Assembly: GCA_051002015.1 (NCBI GenBank)
Contig: JBPCMS010000034.1
Location: forward strand, 1-62,013
Source of the DNA: Acidimicrobiia bacterium
Lineage (GTDB): Bacteria > Actinomycetota > Acidimicrobiia > Spongiisociales > UBA5794
Direction of reading: 5' to 3'
Length of the DNA stretch: 62,013 nucleotides
The notes below the pieces were generated by a model. The model was not told the origin of the DNA and did not search any database. It worked only from the letters and a program-made list of their open reading frames with translations. Shown here piece after piece: positions 9,218 to 17,681 of this stretch. Numbering within the stretch: the first letter of the stretch is position 1; each line of letters begins with the position of its first letter. Both the position numbers and the translations under genes were made by a program.

Positions 9218-10072
9218 ATGGATGATCTAGAGGTTGCTGCCGCTGCCGCTCGGGCCGGAGCCGCCGTGGTGGCCGGGGGGTTCGGGACCGGGATCGTGCC
9301 GGAGATGAAGAGCCGGTTCGATCCGGTGACCGTCATCGATCGGGCGTCCGAGGCCGCCGTCCTCGCCGTGCTCACCGAGCACCGCCCGGACGACGGGGTG
9401 CTGGGTGAGGAGGGGACGGACACCCATGGCTCGGGCCGGCGGTGGCTGATCGACCCACTCGACGGCACCGTCAACTTTGTCCATCGGATAGATCACGTAT
9501 CGGTGTCCGTTGCGCTGTGCGAGGGCGAGCGGGTTCTGGTCGGGGTGGTGCTCGATGTGACGAGGGGCGAGCTCTTCGCCGCCGCCGCCGGTGAAGGAGC
9601 CACCCTCGGCGGCGTCCCCATCGCGGTGTCGGACACACCGGATCTGGCCGGATCGGTGGTTGCCACCGGTTTCCCATACGACCACGACCGGTACGCCGCC
9701 TCCTACATGCCGGGGCTGGGGGCGGTGCTGGCCCAGGTCACCGGGCTGCGGCGGTTCGGTTCAGCCGCCCTCGACCTGTGCTGGACCGCCGCCGGCCGGT
9801 TCGACGGCTACTTCGAGTATCAACTCAAGCCGTGGGATCTCGCCGCCGGGCTGCTCATCGTCACCGAGGCGGGCGGCATCGCCACCGATCCGTGGGGGAC
9901 GACCCTTGGCCCGTACATGCCGCACGTGGTCGTCGCCAACCAAGCCATCCACGAACCCCTCCGTCGGCTGGTCGAGCCGAATGTTCCGGCGCATCTGGGG
10001 TCCCGACCGGTGACCGGGTCAGAGGTTGAACACTCTGGCGCAACGCACGCAGAGGAATCCCTCGAGCGATAG
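9218..10072 (+). CDS. Inositol monophosphatase family protein (SuhB/ImpA/CysQ-like)
   Basis: ATG 9218 (MDDLEVAAAAARAG..). Has the metal-binding motifs GEEG...WLIDPLDGTVNF and WDLAAG. ORF-track entry 7487-10072 is an upstream read-through across the repeat array. Confidence 0.85.
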   Translation: MDDLEVAAAAARAGAAVVAGGFGTGIVPEMKSRFDPVTVIDRASEAAVLAVLTEHRPDDGVLGEEGTDTHGSGRRWLIDPLDGTVNFVHRIDHVSVSVALCEGERVLVGVVLDVTRGELFAAAAGEGATLGGVPIAVSDTPDLAGSVVATGFPYDHDRYAASYMPGLGAVLAQVTGLRRFGSAALDLCWTAAGRFDGYFEYQLKPWDLAAGLLIVTEAGGIATDPWGTTLGPYMPHVVVANQAIHEPLRRLVEPNVPAHLGSRPVTGSEVEHSGATHAEESLER

Positions 10073-10207
10073 CTGTGCCTCGTCGCCCACCGGAGCGGCG
10101 CAGTGCGAGCACTGCTGGCCCAGATATGCGTCCGCCATCGCCCCGTGGGGGCCGTCGCCGCTGAACAGATCGGCCACGAGGACCGCCTGGCTGGTGCCGT
10201 TCTTCAT
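10019..10207 (-). CDS. Small zinc-ribbon protein (hypothetical)
   Basis: 62-aa ORF with high GC3 and two CxxC pairs (CSHC ... CVRC). It overlaps the 3' end of the convergent phosphatase gene by 54 nt. No family is recognised. Confidence 0.4.
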   Translation of the reverse strand: MKNGTSQAVLVADLFSGDGPHGAMADAYLGQQCSHCAAPVGDEAQLSLEGFLCVRCARVFNL

Positions 10208-10230
10208 GCTCCCGGGAGGATACCGGTCGG

Positions 10231-10614
10231 GTGCGACATTTCCGGCTGACTACCGTGTCCGTGATGCCAGGAACCGAGCTGACCGTCATCGGGCCGGGCG
10301 GCGAGCGTCGCTGGTCGCACCGCCAGGTGGTGTCGATGGCCGAGGGTCAGGCCGTCGCCGTGGCCCGTCTCCTCGATGACCTCGGCCGGTCGACACACGC
10401 CACCTTCGAGACTGCGGACGCCGGCTACCGGGCCTCGATCCCCATCGACGTGGTGGTGGAGAAGGCCGTGATCGACCCCGGCGACGACGACGGCTCCTTC
10501 CGGTTACTGGTTCCCCAGGGCAGGACCCTGTGCTGGAACGTCAAGGGCGTGACCCGGATCCGCCTGACGATCGGGCCGGAGCCGGACTCGGTCCCGGCCG
10601 ATCCGTCGCACTGA
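10231..10614 (+). CDS. Hypothetical protein, possibly a small molybdopterin-oxidoreductase-like substrate-binding domain
   Basis: GTG 10231 with GGGAGGA 10 nt upstream. The segment ATFETADAGYRASIPID ... FRLLVPQGRTLCWNVKGVTRIRL resembles the YedY/sulfite-oxidase-fold core. This is a weak, by-eye similarity only. Confidence 0.4.
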   Translation: MRHFRLTTVSVMPGTELTVIGPGGERRWSHRQVVSMAEGQAVAVARLLDDLGRSTHATFETADAGYRASIPIDVVVEKAVIDPGDDDGSFRLLVPQGRTLCWNVKGVTRIRLTIGPEPDSVPADPSH

Positions 10615-10737
10615 CCCCATCCCCGGCAACGGAAACCGCTTGATTCCACCGTGACCCCTGCTATCGTCCCGCCCTCGTCGAACTCCCATCTTGTCAGGTG
10701 CGCCGCGGTGGCGCGCCCTGAGCAGATCGGAGACCCG

Positions 10738-11097
10738 ATGACGGTGCACCCCCTCGACCCTCACTACACCTGGCTGTACGCAGCCGAGGTGGCCGCCTGT
10801 CTGCAGGAGTCCGGCCGCTGGAGATGGTCGGACGACACCCTCGAGGCGGCGGGAGTGGCGGGGCGCCTGGCCGAGGCGGTGTACGCCGGTGAGACCGGTG
10901 CGGCGGTGGATGCGCTGGTCTTCCGTCTCGAGGCCCTTCTCGACGAGCTGACCGCTCCCTGCGCCTTCCTCGCCTCGCTGGGGGAGAGCCTCGGAACGGG
11001 CGCACCCGACCTCACCCGTCTGGTGGACAGCGCCCAGCGGGCGTTCCTCGAGCTTCGCTACCACCTCTACCACGAGGGCCGCCCCGAGCCGGCATGA
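10738..11097 (+). CDS. Hypothetical protein
   Basis: ATG 10738 preceded by GGAGA. High GC3 and helical-looking sequence, with no recognisable family. The ORF-track start 10651 is an alternative. Confidence 0.35.
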   Translation: MTVHPLDPHYTWLYAAEVAACLQESGRWRWSDDTLEAAGVAGRLAEAVYAGETGAAVDALVFRLEALLDELTAPCAFLASLGESLGTGAPDLTRLVDSAQRAFLELRYHLYHEGRPEPA

Positions 11098-11159
11098 AGC
11101 CGCCGCCGTCTCTCCGATGTCTGGCCCGGCTCGCTCCGGGGACCTCACGCCGCGCAGGT

Positions 11160-11310
11160 CTGGTCTGGCTGCCTTCCCCCGCCCCGGCCGATCTGCTCGC
11201 GCTCGGTCCGGGTCGGCCACCCGCCCCGGCAGGGCAAGGGGGAAAGGACACCGTCGACGACCTCGACGGCCAACGGCGACCCGCCCCCGCAGGGGAAGGG
11301 GGAGCAGAGG
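11160..11310. repeat. Dispersed copy or copies of the CCTTTCCCC / GGGGA-hairpin intergenic repeat family (inverted orientation)
   Basis: Shares the exact 15-mer GCCTTCCCCCGCCCC with 9057-9071. It contains CCGCCCCGGCAGGGCAAGGGGGAAAGG and CCGCCCCCGCAGGGGAAGGGGGAG, which on the other strand read CCTTTCCCCC.../CTCCCCCTTCCCC... like the 8768-9215 units. Confidence 0.45.
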
Positions 11311-11313
11311 GGA

Positions 11314-12981
11314 TCAGTCGCAGACGGCGCCGGCTTCGGCGGATCCGACCAGGCGGGCGTACTTGGCCAGGGCACCGGTGGTGTACCGCTCCGGGTAGCG
11401 GCGCCAGCCGGCGCCGCGGGCGGCCAGAGTGGCATCGTCGACGAGGAGATCGAGCCGGCGGGCGCCGATGTCGACCCTGATCCGGTCCCCTTCCTCGACC
11501 AGCCCGATGGGCCCGCCGTCCACCGCCTCGGGGGCGATGTGCCCGATGCACATCCCCGTGGTGCCCCCTGAGAACCGGCCGTCCGTGATCAGCAGGACGT
11601 CCTGGCCCAGCCCCGCCCCCTTGATGGCACCGGTGATGGCGAGCATCTCCCGCATCCCGGGCCCGCCCCGCGGCCCCTCGTTGCGAATTACCACCACGTC
11701 GCCCGGTCTGATGCCGTGGGCGAACAGCTCGGACAGGGCGTGCTGCTCGTCATCGAAGACCCGGGCGGGCCCCTCGAACACATCGAGGTCGATCCCGGCG
11801 ATCTTCACCACCGATCCGCCCGGGGCAAGCGAGCCACGGAGCACGGCGATCCCTCCTTCCCGAGCGATGGGGGCGGTGACGGGGCGGACCACCCCCTGCT
11901 CGCCGGGGGGTGCGACCTCGGCCAGGTTCTCGGCCATGGACCGACCGGTGACGGTGACGGCGTCGCCGTGGAGCAGCCCGGCGTCGAGCAACGCCCGCAG
12001 CACGGCGGGCACCCCTCCGATCCGGTCGAGATCGACCATGTGGTACCGCCCGAACGGCTTCAGGTCGCCGAGGTGGGGGGTGCGGCGGCTGATGCGGTCG
12101 AAGTCCTCGAGGGCGAGCGCGACCCGGGCCTCGTGGGCGATCGCCAGCAGATGGAGCACGGCGTTGGTCGACCCGCCCAGCGCCATGACGGCGGTGATGG
12201 CGTTCTCGAAGGCCCCACCGGTCATGATGTCCCGAGGACGGATCCCCGACTCCAGCAGCGCCATCACCGCCCGACCCGAGGCGTCGGCGTAGCCGTCGAG
12301 TCGGTCGTCTGCGGCGGGGACCGTGGCGCTGCCGGGGAGCGACATCCCCAGCGCCTCGCCGACCGAGGCCATGGTGTTGGCGGTGAACATCCCGGCGCAC
12401 GACCCGACCCCTGGGCACGCCGCCCGCTCGATGGCGAGCAGCTCGGCGTCGTCGATCCGCCCCTCGGAGAGGGCTCCGATCCCCTCGAACACATCGATGA
12501 GCGAGATGTCCCTGCCGGCGTGACGCCCCGGCAGGCTCGACCCGCCGTACAGGAACACCGACGGGAGGTTGTGGCGGGCGGCGGCCATGAGCATCCCGGG
12601 GAGCGACTTGTCGCAGCCGGCGATCGAGACCATGGCGTCGAAACGCTCGGCGTGCATCACCAGCTCCACTGAGTCGGCGATGACCTCACGGCTCACCAGA
12701 GAGGCCCGCATCCCCTCGTGACCCATCGAGATCCCATCGGAGACGGCGATCGTGGTGAAGATCAGCCCGACCCCGCCCGTATCGCCCACCCCCTGCTTGG
12801 CGAACTCGGACAGCTTGGCCCCGGTCAGGTTGCACGGGGTGACCTCGTTGCCCGCCGAGACGATCCCCACCTGCGGCTTGACCCAGTCGTCCTCGCCCAG
12901 CCCGACGGCGCGCAGCATGGCGCGGGCGCCGGCCCGGGCCGGACCGATGGTGACGTCCTGGGAGTGGATCTTGGTCGGCAT
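11314..12981 (-). CDS. ilvD: Dihydroxy-acid dehydratase
   Basis: 555 aa. Has the Fe-S cysteines in [12 protein letters not shown] and [17 protein letters not shown], and the C-terminal [12 protein letters not shown] motif. Confidence 0.95.
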   Translation of the reverse strand: MPTKIHSQDVTIGPARAGARAMLRAVGLGEDDWVKPQVGIVSAGNEVTPCNLTGAKLSEFAKQGVGDTGGVGLIFTTIAVSDGISMGHEGMRASLVSREVIADSVELVMHAERFDAMVSIAGCDKSLPGMLMAAARHNLPSVFLYGGSSLPGRHAGRDISLIDVFEGIGALSEGRIDDAELLAIERAACPGVGSCAGMFTANTMASVGEALGMSLPGSATVPAADDRLDGYADASGRAVMALLESGIRPRDIMTGGAFENAITAVMALGGSTNAVLHLLAIAHEARVALALEDFDRISRRTPHLGDLKPFGRYHMVDLDRIGGVPAVLRALLDAGLLHGDAVTVTGRSMAENLAEVAPPGEQGVVRPVTAPIAREGGIAVLRGSLAPGGSVVKIAGIDLDVFEGPARVFDDEQHALSELFAHGIRPGDVVVIRNEGPRGGPGMREMLAITGAIKGAGLGQDVLLITDGRFSGGTTGMCIGHIAPEAVDGGPIGLVEEGDRIRVDIGARRLDLLVDDATLAARGAGWRRYPERYTTGALAKYARLVGSAEAGAVCD

Positions 12982-13151
12982 GGATCCAGGCTACCGGCCC
13001 CGCTCACGATGCCTGGATAGCCAGGTGAGAACCAGGTCTCGTGGTGACGACCGAATCCATCGGCGTCTCACCGGCGGTGTGTGCACACGCTCGCATGAAA
13101 GGACCACACATGCCCCGACGCGGGGTGGGTGCCGGTTCGGCACAGAACGCG

Positions 13152-13185
13152 GATGAGGACCGGTGGCGTGGCACCGGTCCTCATC
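13152..13185 (-). terminator. Perfect 14-bp stem-loop downstream of the small minus-strand ORF
   Basis: GATGAGGACCGGTG-GCGTGG-CACCGGTCCTCATC sits 17 nt after the stop of 13202-13429. There is no clear U-tract, so the terminator function is only inferred. Confidence 0.4.
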
Positions 13186-13201
13186 GTTCCCTGTGGTCGG
13201 C

Positions 13202-13429
13202 TCAGGCGGCCTCCCGCCATGGATCCTCGACCGGCACCTCGGGCTGCGGCTCGGCCGCAGGGGGGTCGGGGGTGGGCGGTCGGTACGGCATCAGGGACTG
13301 GAGCCACCGCGGCAGCCCCGACCTCGGCCCCACGACGGCGCGGGCCCGGCGGGCGTGCTCGGCCTGGCGGATCCGGTCGTCCTGCATCGACTTCACCAGG
13401 GTGTAGAGCATCTCGGCGCTGGTGTACAT
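13202..13429 (-). CDS. Small hypothetical protein (75 aa)
   Basis: ATG 13427-13429 is preceded by GGGAGGA. It is divergent from the WYL regulator. The ORF-track entry 13202-13891 is an antisense extension over the regulator gene. Confidence 0.4.
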   Translation of the reverse strand: MYTSAEMLYTLVKSMQDDRIRQAEHARRARAVVGPRSGLPRWLQSLMPYRPPTPDPPAAEPQPEVPVEDPWREAA

Positions 13430-13478
13430 GACGTCCTCCCTTTGTCTGTGCTGATACCCACATAAGGTACCTAAGATT

Positions 13479-13497
13479 GCGGACAGATCCTGTCCGC
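13479..13497. promoter_or_regulatory. Candidate operator palindrome upstream of the WYL regulator
   Basis: GCGGACAG-ATC-CTGTCCGC is a perfect 8-bp inverted repeat, 23 nt upstream of ATG 13520. It lies in the 90-bp divergent intergenic region, next to a locally AT-richer stretch (CACATAAGGTACCTAAGATT). Confidence 0.35.
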
Positions 13498-13519
13498 AGT
13501 ATCCGTCAAGCTGGGATTC

Positions 13520-14470
13520 ATGGACCCGAGCGCCCGCATGTTGCGTCTGTTGTCGCTGCTCCAGGCGCGCTCCAACTGGACCGGCGACGAGCTGGCCCAC
13601 CGGCTCGGGGTGACCGCCCGCACCCTGCGTCGTGACGTCACCCGGCTGCGTGACCTCGGGTACCCGGTCGAGGCGCTCTCCGGACCCGCCGGGGGTTATC
13701 AGCTGGCGCCCGGGGGAGCGCTCCCACCCCTGCTGTTCGACAACGACGAGGCGATGGCGGTCGCCTTGGGGCTGCGTGCCGCCGCCAGCGGGGCGCTGCC
13801 CGGGTTCGAGGACGCAGCCGTAGCCGCCCTGGCCAAGATCGAACAGGTGCTGCCGGTGCGGCTGGCGGACCAGATCAACAGCGTCCACCATGCGACCGTT
13901 GGGTTGCGCACCACCATCGCAGAGTCGTCACCGGTCGCCCCCGATGTCCTGGTGACCGTCGCCCAGGCATGTCGCGGACCGGAACGACTGCGATTCGACT
14001 ACGTCGACCGGGAGGGCAACGCCACCGAGCGCCACGTCGAGCCGTACCAGCTGGTCCACACCTCCCGGCGCTGGTACCTGGTGGCCCGCGACCGGGATCG
14101 GGAGGCATGGCGCACCTTCCGCGTCGATCGGGTGACCAACCCCAAACGCACCGGCATGTGGTTCACCCACACCGACCCGCCGGACGCCGCCGCCCTGGTG
14201 CGCGAGGGGATCGCGGTGCAGGTGTACCGGTACCAGGCCCGGGTGCTGCTACATCTCGCCTACCAGCGGGCGGTGGAGCGGATCGGTCCCACCATCGGGG
14301 TGCTGGAGAAGGCGGGACGGGGAACCATGCTCCGCATCGGCGCCGAGGAGGTGACGTGGATCGCCGGCTACCTGGCGGGGCTGGGCTGCCGGTTCGAGGT
14401 CCTCGAGCCCGCGGAGCTGAAGGAGGCGGTGCGCGACCTTGCCAACCGGTTGATCGAATACTCCAACTGA
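13520..14470 (+). CDS. YafY-family transcriptional regulator (HTH + WYL domain)
   Basis: The N-terminal HTH is RMLRLLSLLQARSNWTGDELAHRLGVTARTLRRDVTRLRDLGYPV. The central segment YQLVHTSRRWYLVARD is typical of WYL domains. Confidence 0.85.
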   Translation: MDPSARMLRLLSLLQARSNWTGDELAHRLGVTARTLRRDVTRLRDLGYPVEALSGPAGGYQLAPGGALPPLLFDNDEAMAVALGLRAAASGALPGFEDAAVAALAKIEQVLPVRLADQINSVHHATVGLRTTIAESSPVAPDVLVTVAQACRGPERLRFDYVDREGNATERHVEPYQLVHTSRRWYLVARDRDREAWRTFRVDRVTNPKRTGMWFTHTDPPDAAALVREGIAVQVYRYQARVLLHLAYQRAVERIGPTIGVLEKAGRGTMLRIGAEEVTWIAGYLAGLGCRFEVLEPAELKEAVRDLANRLIEYSN

Positions 14471-14526
14471 CCGAACCGCGCGGCTTTGCCGGACCACCCG
14501 CCTCCGCCGTACCTCGTCCCGTATCC

Positions 14527-14660
14527 CTTCCCATCCAGACCATTTCCCCTTTCCGCTTTCGGGGAGAGGTGGCTGCGGAGCGGACCGGGGAGGGGGTTCG
14601 GGCGAGCGGCGCGTTGGCTTCCGTCGCCGCTGGCGGGAGGGGAGACAGGCGCGGGAAGGG
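14527..14660. repeat. Dispersed copy of the CCTTTCCCC / GGGGAG-hairpin intergenic repeat family
   Basis: CCCTTCCCATCCAGACCATTTCCCCTTTCCGCTTTCGGGGAGAGGTGGCTGCGGAGCGGACCGGGGAGGGGG aligns by eye with the 8768-9215 unit (TTCCC-N9-TTTCCCCT..CC-loop-GGGGAG.GGTGGC..GCGAGC). Confidence 0.45.
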
Positions 14661-14768
14661 TGGCTGCGCCAGCCTGGGCCACCGCCCGCAGCGGCATGGC
14701 GCCGCGCAAAGGAGTAGACATCAGGGAACCGCGGGGCGAGGATGCCGCGCTACAAGGAGGAGGCGACC

Positions 14769-16223
14769 ATGTCGCTATCCGTACTGCGCGGGGTTCGATG
14801 GGCTCTGGTTGTCCTCGCCTTGGCCCTGGTGATGGGCCTGGCGACCAGCCACGGACACGCCTGCGCCCACGACACCAGCAAGCTGTGCGTGCCTGACAGT
14901 GCCGGTGACGGCGACCTGATGGAGCTGGGCGACGTCGCCGCCGGCACCGAGCTAGACGCCACGCTCGCCGCCGCCGAATCGTTCGGGGTCGAGCTCATCG
15001 GTCACGTCGACCCGGGCGGAGGCTTCAACGCCGATGTCGTCGCCCACGAGGACAACGCCTACCTGGGGTCCTGGGGCACGTTCGGGGCGAGGCGGTGGTG
15101 CCCGTCCCAGGGTGTCCGCGTGTACGACCTGAGCGATCCATCGGCACCCACCCATGTGTCGACGTTCGCCGACCGGCGCAACGAGCCCGACGTGGAGGGG
15201 ACCTGGACCGAGAAGGTCAAGGTGGAGTCGGTGAGCACCCGTTGGTTCACCGGCGACCTCGCCGCCGTCTCCTTCCAGAACTGCGTCGCCGGTGATGATG
15301 TCTTCCGCGGGTTCGGCGTCTACGACGTCACCGACCCGGCCAACCCGCAGCGGTTGGCGCTGGTCAAGACCGACGTCAACGCCGGCGGCTCGCATGAGCT
15401 GTATCTCGACGTGCGTGGCGACCGGGTCTACGTGTACACCGCCATCATCCTGTCCGAGCTGTTCACCAGCCCCGACGGGGTGACCCCCGGTGATCCCGAC
15501 TTCCAGATCTGGGAGGTCACCCGCCCGGACCGTCCCCGTCAGGTGGGGGAGTGGGGCGCCTGGGCCGAGCTCGGCGTCCATCCCGCCGACATCGACGACG
15601 AGGGCGCCTTCCGGGTCAACTTCACCCATTCGGTGATCGCCGACGGGCAGGGCACCGCCTACCTGTCGTACTGGGACCTGGGGACGATCATCCTCGACGT
15701 GTCCGACCCGAGGAACCCGACCATGATCGGACGCACCGACTTCGCCGTCGACGAGGAGGGCAACGCCCACTCGGCGTGGACCGGGCGGGGCGGTCGCCTC
15801 CTGGTGCAGACCGACGAGGACTTCTTCCCGTTCGCCGGAGGCGGGTTCGAGGAGGCCTGGGGCTACACCCGCTTCTACGACATCGCCGACCCGGCCAACC
15901 CGGTGCCGCTGGGTACGTTCGAGATGCCGTCCACCCGGCTGCTGCCGCCCGGGATCGGCGACTTCACCGTCCATGACCCGAAGCTGGACGGCAACGATCT
16001 GTACCTGTCGTACTACTCCGAGGGTGTGGTGATCCTAGACATCACGGATGTGCGCAACCCGGTGCAGAAGGCACAGTTCGTGCCCACCCCGGCGGCGGAT
16101 CCGCGCGGCCTGTTCTTCCCCGGCGAGGAGTTCCCGTTCGTGTGGGGGGTCTGGCTGGAGGACGAATACGCCCTCGCCTCGGACATCAACTCCGGGCTGT
16201 GGGTGTTCCGGCTGGAGGACTGA
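14769..16223 (+). CDS. Secreted LVIVD-repeat beta-propeller protein
   Basis: ATG 14769 after AGGAGGAGG. Has a signal peptide (MSLSVLRGVRWALVVLALALVMGLATSHGHA). Repeated motifs are xVYDLSDPSAP, GVYDVTDPANP, IILDVSDPRNP, RFYDIADPANP and VVILDITDVRNP, with a terminal SGLWVFRL. Confidence 0.7.
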   Translation: MSLSVLRGVRWALVVLALALVMGLATSHGHACAHDTSKLCVPDSAGDGDLMELGDVAAGTELDATLAAAESFGVELIGHVDPGGGFNADVVAHEDNAYLGSWGTFGARRWCPSQGVRVYDLSDPSAPTHVSTFADRRNEPDVEGTWTEKVKVESVSTRWFTGDLAAVSFQNCVAGDDVFRGFGVYDVTDPANPQRLALVKTDVNAGGSHELYLDVRGDRVYVYTAIILSELFTSPDGVTPGDPDFQIWEVTRPDRPRQVGEWGAWAELGVHPADIDDEGAFRVNFTHSVIADGQGTAYLSYWDLGTIILDVSDPRNPTMIGRTDFAVDEEGNAHSAWTGRGGRLLVQTDEDFFPFAGGGFEEAWGYTRFYDIADPANPVPLGTFEMPSTRLLPPGIGDFTVHDPKLDGNDLYLSYYSEGVVILDITDVRNPVQKAQFVPTPAADPRGLFFPGEEFPFVWGVWLEDEYALASDINSGLWVFRLED

Positions 16224-16370
16224 GGGCCGGCCGTCAGCGACCGCACCGGGCTGGAAGTCATCCGCCTGGGGCAGACGACGACGTGCACGCCCTCAACCAC
16301 GAATCGTGAAGGTGCTGCGGGACGCCAACGTCGCAGCTGCACGCGCCCGACCTGACCCCGGCGGCGGACG

Positions 16371-17681
16371 CTACATCCGGGCGTAGGTGTCGATGTCGGT
16401 CTCGAACTCCTGCACGATGGCTTGGGTCAGCGTCGGCCGGGTGTCGGCGATGGCGCCGAGGAAGTCGTCGACGGTGGCGCGCGTTGAGCCCGGGATCAGG
16501 CTGCATTCGGTGGAGCCGTCACCGAACACCTCGCGCTCGAACGCAGCTTGCGCTGCCTTGCGCGCCGCGAAGTCAATGTCGGCGGGGGTAAACAGCTGCG
16601 TGGCCTCCACGAGACGGTCGATGTCGATATCGTCGTCGGTGATCTGGGCCACGTAGCCACGCCAGATCGCCGCACGCGCCGTCTCGTCAGGCGGCCCCAC
16701 CGGCAGCACATAGTCGAAACGCCCGGGGCGGATGAACGCCGCGTCGAGGCTGTGGATGGCGTTCGTGGCGCAGACCAGCAGGTGGCGCGGCCGCTCCCTG
16801 AAGGCCGGGATCAGCTTGAGCAACTCGTTGGTGACCGCATGGGTCACCGGCCGGCCGTCGCGGGTGGCGGCGATCTCTTCGACCTCGTCGATGAACAGCA
16901 CCACCTCGTTGACCTCGACGATGCTGGCGAAGAACTCCCGCAGTGCCGCGGCCTGCCCGCCACCGACCGCCAGGTGGCTCGGGAACAGCTCCACGAATGG
17001 CCACCGCAGCCGCGAGGCGACGCCCTTGGCGAAGGTCGTCTTGCCCGTCCCGGGCGGGCCGAACAGGATGATGGCGCGCGGTGGGCGTACCCCGTGGCGG
17101 TCCGCCTGCTCGGCGCGCGCCAGTGGGAGGATGACGCGGCGCTCGATCAGGTCTTTCTCCCGCTCCATGCCGGCCAGCCTCTCGAACAGGCCAGGCGTGA
17201 CGTACAGCCCGCCGAGACGCTCCAGGACGTCGCCGCCCCCGCCACTGCTGAGCTCACGATGGTGGTAGCTGACGCCGCCGCGACGCGTGAACTGGTGCGC
17301 ACCGAGCGCCTCGGCCCCGGCCTCGCCGTCAGGCAGCAGCACCGAGACCCGCCGGACACCGCGCGCCGCCAGCCCGTCGACCAGGGCGTCGAGCAGCGCC
17401 CCGCCGACACCCTCGCCGCGGGCGCCCGACCGCACCCCGATTCGCAGGATCCACGCGTGATCCTGTTGGAGGTGGGCGACGGCCGCCCCCGTCAGTGCCC
17501 CTTCGCGCTCGGCCACCAACGCCATGTGCTCGGCGCCCAACGCGCTCACCACGTCGGCGAGGGGGAAGACGGCGGGTTGGCGGTCGGCGGTGGCTTCGGC
17601 CCAAACCGCCACCGCCTCGTCGAGGTCACGCGGCTCGAACGGCCGGATGTGGGCGGTGGTGGCCGGCCGGGTCGAGCTCAT
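16371..17681 (-). CDS. GNAT acetyltransferase fused to classic-clade AAA+ ATPase
   Basis: The N-terminal ~150 aa are GNAT-like (RSGARGEGVGGALLDALV). The C-terminal part has Walker A ILFGPPGTGKTT, Walker B VVLFIDEVEE and the sensor/Arg-finger region AFIRPGRFDYV. The start overlaps the stop of the upstream antiporter-like gene by 4 nt. Confidence 0.8.
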   Translation of the reverse strand: MSSTRPATTAHIRPFEPRDLDEAVAVWAEATADRQPAVFPLADVVSALGAEHMALVAEREGALTGAAVAHLQQDHAWILRIGVRSGARGEGVGGALLDALVDGLAARGVRRVSVLLPDGEAGAEALGAHQFTRRGGVSYHHRELSSGGGGDVLERLGGLYVTPGLFERLAGMEREKDLIERRVILPLARAEQADRHGVRPPRAIILFGPPGTGKTTFAKGVASRLRWPFVELFPSHLAVGGGQAAALREFFASIVEVNEVVLFIDEVEEIAATRDGRPVTHAVTNELLKLIPAFRERPRHLLVCATNAIHSLDAAFIRPGRFDYVLPVGPPDETARAAIWRGYVAQITDDDIDIDRLVEATQLFTPADIDFAARKAAQAAFEREVFGDGSTECSLIPGSTRATVDDFLGAIADTRPTLTQAIVQEFETDIDTYARM

